Below, piece after piece: positions 57,277-64,000 of a stretch of 64,000 nt of DNA (positions are counted from its first letter, which is position 1; each line of letters opens with the position of its first letter). A model generated the notes under the pieces. It saw only the letters and a program-made list of their open reading frames with translations, made no database searches and was not told where the DNA came from. The position numbers were made by a program, and so were the translations under genes. Origin of the DNA: Opitutaceae bacterium (GTDB taxonomy: Bacteria; Verrucomicrobiota; Verrucomicrobiia; Opitutales; Coraliomargaritaceae); NCBI GenBank assembly GCA_051252375.1, contig JBPOFY010000010.1, positions 32,001 through 96,000 of the forward strand, written 5' to 3'.

Positions 57277-59163
57277 CTACTTCATGAGTTTCTTAACTTG
57301 TTCACCAATTTCAGGATCAGAAGCTAATGATTTGAAGGACTGGTTGAATGCCCGCTGTGTCTTTCTATTCATGCTCATCCCTTTAAATATATCTAAGATG
57401 GATTGCTTGAACTCAAGCGACGGCGCGGCATTAATTGCCTTCGCTGCTAAGTCGAACTTTTCATTGGATTCGCCAGAGATGCCTCTTTGTGAGACCAAAC
57501 GGGAAATGCCTTTTACTGCAGCTGCCGCATCAGCTTCGGATGCACCAGACTTCGACATGACTGCAAGCCACACATCTCCACCGGAAACATCCGACCATCT
57601 GCTAAGCGACCGGACTGCATCCGCCTGTAACGAGCTGTCGGTGACGATTAAGTTTTGCAAATAGTCAGCCGCCGGCTTGCAAGACACACCATCCAAAATC
57701 GCTAAAATCGCCTTACGCTGCTCATCATTTGCAGCGGACTTTAACGCCGGTGCAAAAGAGCTAGTCCATAAACCATCGCTACTAGCCAAGCTGACACTTA
57801 GCTTCTTTAAGCTGCCTTGCGCGGCACGTGTGTCTGCATCATTCTTCAGCACGGCTGCCAACAATACATCGACACTCTCTTTACCTCCGATCAATTCCAT
57901 GGACTGAAAAGCGGCCTTCTTAAGCTCCGAGTTCGTTGTCTCAGCCACGAGTTGATTAATTAAATCAATCGCACCTTTAGTATTTCTTAGAGTCATCAAT
58001 TTAACCGCTGCCACTTGTGCATCGGCATGGCTCGAGTCAGACGCAGCCTTTAACAAATCAGCGTCTGCAGCAGGCGCATTGATTCGAATTAATGCCTCCT
58101 TAATGACACTGTTATTCGAGTCTGCCAAATAGAGCTCATAGAGTGCAGGATAGCTTTGATCACTACCGATCACACCAAGTGTTTTGATCGCCTCTGACTT
58201 GATCTCGGCAGAACCGCGCTCGAGAATCGCGAGAACCTGCGGTTCATATTGATTGAGCTCTAAATCACTGATCACTCCTAAAAAGATCGCTTGTGTTGAA
58301 GCGTCTAGCGAAGGCAATAGATCGATGACTTCTTCTTGCATGGCAGATGTCAACGCGGCACGTATGATCAGACTGCGGGCTGGATAAGCATCGTCGTTGA
58401 TCGCCGTTTGTAGTAGAGCCTTGGCAGATGCGGCATCCAATGTAATCAGCTGCTGAAAAGCACCCAGCTTAACCGCTGTATTTTGGCCGTTCACCGCAAG
58501 CGCTTTGGCAACAGGAACATCGCTCAAGCCTGCATCCAATAGTGCGAATGCAATATCTTGTTTTAGCTCAACACTAGCACTGCTGGTTTTCTTCATCAAA
58601 GCAGCTTCGGCATCTTTCCCACCGATTTTACCTAACGCCATCGCAGCCTTCGCGGCGACCGCATACGATTCTGAATCGAGCAACGCAGCGACTTTTGAGA
58701 CTGAGTTCACATCTCCACGATAAGCCAATGCATCGAGGATAGCGCCCTGCTCCTCAGTTGGCACTCCGCTCAGAGCGTTCTCTAAAACACGTGTCGCGGC
58801 ATCCGATGGATTCGCTTGTAATGCGAGACGTGCCAAATCACGAATGCGCACATCCTTATCAACCAAAAGCTGAGCTAGAGGCAAAGTAGATGCTTCGCCG
58901 CCAAACAACTCGAGCATTCGAATCGACCAATCACGAACAGCAAAAGAATGGTCCGCTGAAATTGCCCCATGGAGCTGCTCAATCGCTGCTACACGATCAA
59001 CACCGGCGGAATCAGTAATGGCTTGGCGTAACTCGATTCGGGCAGTCTTACGCAGCCCATAGTCATCCGTATCCAGCTTCGAAATTAGCCCGCTTACATC
59101 AGCAGCTAAAGCGCTAGTGGCAAACACTAGGCAGCTCAAAAGAATTAGTAATTTTTGATACAT
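57277..59163 (-). CDS. Secreted HEAT-repeat protein
   Basis: Signal peptide; repeated helical pairs (IRDLARLAL, AAMALGKIGG, AIKTLGVIG). Confidence 0.82.
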   Translation of the reverse strand: MYQKLLILLSCLVFATSALAADVSGLISKLDTDDYGLRKTARIELRQAITDSAGVDRVAAIEQLHGAISADHSFAVRDWSIRMLELFGGEASTLPLAQLLVDKDVRIRDLARLALQANPSDAATRVLENALSGVPTEEQGAILDALAYRGDVNSVSKVAALLDSESYAVAAKAAMALGKIGGKDAEAALMKKTSSASVELKQDIAFALLDAGLSDVPVAKALAVNGQNTAVKLGAFQQLITLDAASAKALLQTAINDDAYPARSLIIRAALTSAMQEEVIDLLPSLDASTQAIFLGVISDLELNQYEPQVLAILERGSAEIKSEAIKTLGVIGSDQSYPALYELYLADSNNSVIKEALIRINAPAADADLLKAASDSSHADAQVAAVKLMTLRNTKGAIDLINQLVAETTNSELKKAAFQSMELIGGKESVDVLLAAVLKNDADTRAAQGSLKKLSVSLASSDGLWTSSFAPALKSAANDEQRKAILAILDGVSCKPAADYLQNLIVTDSSLQADAVRSLSRWSDVSGGDVWLAVMSKSGASEADAAAAVKGISRLVSQRGISGESNEKFDLAAKAINAAPSLEFKQSILDIFKGMSMNRKTQRAFNQSFKSLASDPEIGEQVKKLMK

Positions 59164-59205
59164 TTTGAAATTTTATAAAAGTTGTAGTCGTTACGTCTCC
59201 GCAAT

Positions 59206-60483
59206 TTAGACCGGAAGTTCGTAACCCGCACGACGTGGACGATCCATCCAGCGTAGCGCATCGGCATCGTTAAGAATCTGTTCAGATTTGGGATCCCACT
59301 GAATGGAACGACCTAAACGCTCAGCGATTCCGGACAACTGACAAATGGTGCCAGTGCGGTGACCGATCGTGGCTGGACAAATCGGGGTTTTGCGTGATTT
59401 AACGCAATCGATCCAGTTATTCTGTTGATTACTAGATTCATACAATCGCACATCTCCCGATGAGAGCGGACGCTTAGCCATACCAGGAACACTCGTTTCC
59501 AATTCACCACGGCTGGCAAGCACTTCGCCCTTCGTGCCGATGAAACGAATCATGTGTCCCTTCATGTCCTGATGATCACGAATCACCTTAATGCCATCAT
59601 CGTATTGATGATATTGATACTTTTCACCTTTATAGCCCTTAGGCACAAACAGATTTGGTCCACTATCATCGCGACCGAGTGCCCACTGAATAATGTCAAA
59701 GTGGTGAGCACCCCAATCGCCATTCTTACGAGAACCATATTCCCAATAACTGCGCCATCCGCCACCAAAGGAACCAAGCACTCTCTCAGCAGTATATGGT
59801 TCGTAAGGAGCAGGTCCCAACCACTTGTCGTAGTTAAAGCCTTCAGGTATTGGCTGTTCAGCACCTAATGTGGAAGGCGGAAAGCCACCCAGTCGTGCAT
59901 AAATTTCCTTAATCTCGCCAATCCAGCCGTTACGCACGATTTCAGCAGCTTTACGAAAGTTACGATCTGATCGCTGCATGGAGCCAACCTGCAATATCGT
60001 TCCGTAACGCTTCTCTGCCTCAACCATCGCCTTACCTTCATCAATAGTAAGCGTCATCGGCTTCTCGACATAAACATCCTTTCCTGCCCGCATCGCCGCA
60101 ATGGCGATGGCTGCATGCCAGTGATCGGGAGTCACAATAACGACTGCATCGACTGCAGGGTCATTGATGATGTCCTCGTAGTCAGGCGTCGCTTTAATAT
60201 CTTTAAAGCCACGCTTAGACATCTCCTGCTTGGCCTTAGCCAATTGCTCAGGTTTAACGTCACACACATAGAGTGGCTGCACATCACTACGCCCAGCCAT
60301 ACCATAGTGAACACCGACCTGTAAGCCCATACCAATATAGGCAATATTCACTCGACCATTGGCTCCGGTCCTACCGTTAATACCTAAGGTTTCGGAACGA
60401 AGAATCATTGGCACTGCCAACAATGAGGTGCCAAGAAGTGCGCCTTGCTTCATAAAGCTACGGCGTGATTGATGTGCTTTCAT
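59206..60483 (-). CDS. Gfo/Idh/MocA-family oxidoreductase, Tat-exported
   Basis: [39 protein letters not shown]. Confidence 0.93.
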   Translation of the reverse strand: MKAHQSRRSFMKQGALLGTSLLAVPMILRSETLGINGRTGANGRVNIAYIGMGLQVGVHYGMAGRSDVQPLYVCDVKPEQLAKAKQEMSKRGFKDIKATPDYEDIINDPAVDAVVIVTPDHWHAAIAIAAMRAGKDVYVEKPMTLTIDEGKAMVEAEKRYGTILQVGSMQRSDRNFRKAAEIVRNGWIGEIKEIYARLGGFPPSTLGAEQPIPEGFNYDKWLGPAPYEPYTAERVLGSFGGGWRSYWEYGSRKNGDWGAHHFDIIQWALGRDDSGPNLFVPKGYKGEKYQYHQYDDGIKVIRDHQDMKGHMIRFIGTKGEVLASRGELETSVPGMAKRPLSSGDVRLYESSNQQNNWIDCVKSRKTPICPATIGHRTGTICQLSGIAERLGRSIQWDPKSEQILNDADALRWMDRPRRAGYELPV

Positions 60484-60506
60484 AATAAAAAGAGAAGGAT
60501 TAGAAA

Positions 60507-61451
60507 TTAACGCTTTGCGCTAGGTGTAGTATCCGCTTCAAGGTCACCTGTTGCGAATTGGATGCCGGCAAGAAAATGCTTCAGCATCAGATTACTAGTG
60601 AAGATGTGATCGTTATGTCCTAGGCTAGTATAGAATACACGCCCTTTACCTACGCTCTGCACCCAAGCTACGGCATAGTCGTTGTCTTTACGCTTCAGAC
60701 CTTCGACCTGAGCGCTCTTCTCAACATTAACATGCATTAAAACACGCAGTCTATCACGGGTGTATGGCTCTTCACGGAATTGGTAAATCTCTTCCTTAAA
60801 GCTAAACTCACGAAGGTCACCAAATACTGGCTTCATTGTGCCATGCTCAGGATCTTCAACAGTGATCGTAACATTCGTATTCGCACGCCATGGGTGACCA
60901 TCGAAGTAACCTCCAATTGCTTTGCCATAATTTTCATGCTCATAGCAAGCATCGGTAGCGGAGTGAATACCTACAAGACCGCCGCCATCTGCAACATATC
61001 GGATGATGTTATCAGTCAGTCGCACTTGACGTGCCTCCAACCAAGCCAAGTCTTCCTCGGAAAACTTCTTTTTCTGCTTTTTGTTGGGCATGAAGAAATC
61101 ACCTGTTGGGCTCAGCAATACAATGGCGTCAAATTTCTTCAAAGCATCCAGTTCAAAGTTCGCAGGATCATCACTGATCACCACATCATAAGCACCGGTT
61201 GATTCACCCAACTGTTCCAAGGCGAGCTTACCCAAAGGAATCGATTTGTGGCGATATCCTGCAGTGGCACTAAACACTAGTATGCTGCGTGACTCTTTAG
61301 GTCTTACAATTGGATCCTTCGGCAATGCCTTCTCGACATCCGCAACAAGATTTGGAGCAACGGGTGCGTCATTGTGGTTTGGCGCCCATTTAGCATAACA
61401 AGATGTTAGGCATAGCGTCGATAGGACTAAAATAAGTGATTTGTTTTTCAT
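60507..61451 (-). CDS. ThuA-like domain protein (possible lipoprotein)
   Basis: [40 protein letters not shown] lipobox-like motif. Confidence 0.87.
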   Translation of the reverse strand: MKNKSLILVLSTLCLTSCYAKWAPNHNDAPVAPNLVADVEKALPKDPIVRPKESRSILVFSATAGYRHKSIPLGKLALEQLGESTGAYDVVISDDPANFELDALKKFDAIVLLSPTGDFFMPNKKQKKKFSEEDLAWLEARQVRLTDNIIRYVADGGGLVGIHSATDACYEHENYGKAIGGYFDGHPWRANTNVTITVEDPEHGTMKPVFGDLREFSFKEEIYQFREEPYTRDRLRVLMHVNVEKSAQVEGLKRKDNDYAVAWVQSVGKGRVFYTSLGHNDHIFTSNLMLKHFLAGIQFATGDLEADTTPSAKR

Positions 61452-61471
61452 AATAAATGGATTCGGAATGA

Positions 61472-62506
61472 TTACTGATTTTCTTTGTCAAAAGCCGCAT
61501 CGAAAGCGACTTGGCTAGGAGAGAAGTCTAAGCGACGAGTAAAGGCGCAGGCCTCTGCCCCACCGTGAAAACGATCCATGCGACCATCTTCCCACTCAAT
61601 TGAGAGCGGGCCCTGGTAAGCAACGTCGTTGAGTGCCACAATGACTTCTTCGAAGTTGATATCGCCGCGACCTGGAGAACGAAAATCCCAGAAACGACGT
61701 GCATCACCGAAATCGGTGTGACCACCGAATACACCAACATCGCCATTTCCGTGTCCCCACCATGCATCTTTAACGTGGCAGTGGAAAATCCGATCACCGA
61801 ACTCGCGAATAAACTTCACGTAATCCACACCTTGGTAACCGAGGTGGCTTGGGTCGTAATTAAAGCCGAAACGTGGGTGATGCTTAATCGCATCCAGCGC
61901 GGTCGCCGCACTAGCGATATCAAAAGCGATCTCAGTCGGGTGCACTTCAAGTCCGAAATATACATCCAGCTTTTCAAAAGCATCCATGATCGGCGTCCAA
62001 CGATCCGCGAAGTCTTGGAAGCCTGCTTCGATTTGCCCTGGTGCTACCGGCGGGAAAGAATAAATCAGGTGCCAAATCGATGAACCAGTAAAGCCATTGA
62101 CCACAACACGCGCGGGTGCACCGCCTGGCTTGGCATCGAAGAATTTACGTGCAGCCTCAGCTGTGCGAATCATCTCCGCAGCGGCGCGTTGGCGCACACC
62201 TTCGGGATCACCATCACCCCAAATTTCGGGCGACAAAATGGCTTGGTGGCGTGCGTCAATATTATCGCAAACGGCTTGTCCAACAAGGTGCGTGCTAATC
62301 GCTTCGCAAGTCAGACCATTGGCTTCGAGCAGCGCCCACTTCTCAGCGATGTAATTCGGCTCAGTGAGCGCAGCGTTGACATCGAAATGATCGCCCCAGC
62401 AAGCGAGCTCGACTCCATCGAAGCCCATCTCCTTAACTTTCGGCGCAAGTTCTGCGAGTGAAAGGTCGGCCCATTGGCCAGTGAATAAAGTAACTAGACG
62501 TGACAT
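61472..62506 (-). CDS. Sugar-phosphate isomerase/epimerase (xylose isomerase-like TIM barrel, AP_endonuc_2)
   Basis: [36 protein letters not shown] metal-binding motifs. Confidence 0.9.
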   Translation of the reverse strand: MSRLVTLFTGQWADLSLAELAPKVKEMGFDGVELACWGDHFDVNAALTEPNYIAEKWALLEANGLTCEAISTHLVGQAVCDNIDARHQAILSPEIWGDGDPEGVRQRAAAEMIRTAEAARKFFDAKPGGAPARVVVNGFTGSSIWHLIYSFPPVAPGQIEAGFQDFADRWTPIMDAFEKLDVYFGLEVHPTEIAFDIASAATALDAIKHHPRFGFNYDPSHLGYQGVDYVKFIREFGDRIFHCHVKDAWWGHGNGDVGVFGGHTDFGDARRFWDFRSPGRGDINFEEVIVALNDVAYQGPLSIEWEDGRMDRFHGGAEACAFTRRLDFSPSQVAFDAAFDKENQ

Positions 62507-62547
62507 ATGTATTCTTAATTAGGTTAATATTTGAGTTTGAAAATGGT

Positions 62548-63729
62548 TTAGCGTTTCGGCCAGTCTTGTCGCTTAACGACCTCATTGATGCGCGATAAGG
62601 CAGAGTAATTGTCCGGAAGGATTTTATGTTTCTGCATATACTGATATGCTTGGCGCAGATGAAGAAATGCGCCCTTCTGATCCTCGATACTTCCTTTCGC
62701 GGCATTTTCATTATGCGCTAGAAAATCAGATACGATAGCATCAGCTTCAGCGCGTGCGCTCGCGTCTTGAGCATAAGCAAGTGACTCGTAGAGACGAAGC
62801 GCTTTGCTGACGCCCTGTTTGCTTGCAGCATCTTTACGGATGCCTGCTGCGATTTCCGTGCGCTTTGCCTGTGATGCTTCAGGAGCGATACGTCCATCAG
62901 TGCCACCATCGTATGCACGCGGACGCAATGGACGATACCAGATGTTCCGATAGCGGACCGGATTACCATGATCCTGTAGATGTAGTGATCCCACATCAGG
63001 AAATACACGATCAAGAGGTTTGCGCGCCTTGAAGCCCCCACCTCCATCTAGCGGTGTGCTATCTTGAACAACCACTCCATTGCACAACACCGTCATCGAA
63101 CCTTGATCGATCACCTGACCATCACGCACAACAGGACGTCGGAAAATAATATCGTAACTCTGCCACTCTCCAGGAGCGCGCAGAGCATTTGCTGCCGGAG
63201 GCATCACGCCGTAAACCGCTCCTGCGGTGCCATCTGCGTAAGTGGGGTTCTCGTAGTTGTCCAAAACCTGCACCTCGATCTGCCCCATCAAGAAGACACC
63301 GCTATTACCACGTTGCTGGCTCACGCCATGCACCGGAGTCGGCGCCATCCATTCGATGTGTAATTGGCAGTCGCCAAATTCCTCTTTCGTGGCGATATAG
63401 CCAGAACCCGGTGCGCAGAGCAGCGTGCCATCTTCAACCAACCAATCGCGCTTGCGCTTGCCTTCAGGTTTTACATGTCGCCAATTATCGAAAGATGCCT
63501 GTGTGCCATCAAAGAGCACAACAGCATCTGACGGTGCACCACCGACAACAGCCGCTGGTTCCACCACCGTGGGTGTCGGACGATTTAAATCGTGAACCGC
63601 CCAAGGATGTGCCTCATCAGGCGGATCACCAAAGAATGCACTATCAGCAAATACCGCCGTCCCCATGACCAAGGGCAACAGAGAAGCCATAGTTAATAAC
63701 CGAGAATACTTTCGTGTTAGTTTTTGCAT
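62548..63729 (-). CDS. DUF1080 (3-keto-disaccharide hydrolase family) protein with a C-terminal extension
   Basis: APSDAVVLFDG, FGDCQLHIEW, RGNSGVF, EVQVLD, GEWQSYDI, LQDHGNPVRYRNIW; signal peptide; SD AAAGGAGGT. Confidence 0.9.
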   Translation of the reverse strand: MQKLTRKYSRLLTMASLLPLVMGTAVFADSAFFGDPPDEAHPWAVHDLNRPTPTVVEPAAVVGGAPSDAVVLFDGTQASFDNWRHVKPEGKRKRDWLVEDGTLLCAPGSGYIATKEEFGDCQLHIEWMAPTPVHGVSQQRGNSGVFLMGQIEVQVLDNYENPTYADGTAGAVYGVMPPAANALRAPGEWQSYDIIFRRPVVRDGQVIDQGSMTVLCNGVVVQDSTPLDGGGGFKARKPLDRVFPDVGSLHLQDHGNPVRYRNIWYRPLRPRAYDGGTDGRIAPEASQAKRTEIAAGIRKDAASKQGVSKALRLYESLAYAQDASARAEADAIVSDFLAHNENAAKGSIEDQKGAFLHLRQAYQYMQKHKILPDNYSALSRINEVVKRQDWPKR

Positions 63730-63802
63730 AAAGTTTTACCTCCTTTGTCGCTGATAAATTGATGGTATTGAATGCGATGGTTCATGTGTTTTCGGTAGAA
63801 TG

Positions 63803-64000
63803 CTATTTTGACAATAGCTTAATCGCAGCGGCATTCTGATTCTGTTGAGCGATCGCAAGTGCAGTATCTCCATTCTTAGATATGACAGTCGGATCCACCT
63901 TGTGATCCAAAAGATATTGAACCATTTCAGCACTGGCACTCGCTGCTGCCTCGTGTAGCGGAGTGCCTCCTCGAGCGGAACGAGTTTCTACATTCGCACC
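63803..64000 (-). CDS. Ankyrin-repeat protein, partial (C-terminal 65 aa)
   Basis: Not in the ORF track. Manual translation GANVETRSARGGTPLHEAAASASAEMVQYLLDHKVDPTVISKNGDTALAIAQQNQNAAAIKLLSK* contains two ankyrin repeats. Confidence 0.88.
   Translation of the reverse strand, partial: GANVETRSARGGTPLHEAAASASAEMVQYLLDHKVDPTVISKNGDTALAIAQQNQNAAAIKLLSK

Noticed and set aside
1724..63668. Numerous 60-180 aa ORFs antisense to or nested in long genes
   Set aside because: They lack recognisable motifs and are expected shadows of the real CDSs.
63736..63939. 67-aa minus-strand ORF
   Set aside because: Overlaps a different frame that encodes clear ankyrin repeats (63803-64000).

Overview
64 kb of a bacterial chromosome. 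PEP-CTERM proteins, DUF1549/DUF1553/DUF1501 and DUF1800 genes, PATR repeats and many glycan-degrading enzymes suggest a marine Verrucomicrobiota (Coraliomargarita/Lentimonas-like); the taxonomy is inference. Contents from left to right: divergent sulfite reductase genes cysI (partial) and cysJ, a PfkB kinase, a small hypothetical gene, a CvfB-type S1 protein and a PEP-CTERM gene. Next is a six-gene operon (DUF1549/DUF1553 cytochrome, DUF1501, cytochrome c/LRR membrane protein, beta-propeller, SDR, secreted mutarotase) divergent from an AraC regulator, then a DUF1800/DUF1501/pseudopilin-like/PEP-CTERM operon. A ~26 kb minus-strand glycan locus follows: three Tat-exported GH116, a sulfatase, GH95, two GH117-like enzymes, a 1931-aa surface protein and an unassigned 787-aa secreted protein. 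It is divergent from a NarL-type two-component system. The right end holds an SSS transporter, a XylR-type regulator, a HAD hydrolase, a Gfo/Idh/MocA-ThuA-isomerase-DUF1080 cluster and the 3' end of an ankyrin gene. Top observation: the N-terminal extracytoplasmic domain of the sensor kinase (50395-51000) is visibly homologous to the ectodomain of the PEP-CTERM protein 44 kb away (5741-6556). That gene's upstream region also carries an 18-bp site 15/18 identical to one beside the response regulator, suggesting a sensor/surface-protein signalling circuit. Other notable points: a domain shared by the 787-aa and 1931-aa proteins, a candidate new glycoside hydrolase, and GTAG-type REP doublets with covarying stems. 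I saw no rRNA, tRNA, CRISPR array or transposase. All family calls are by-eye motif recognition, not database searches.
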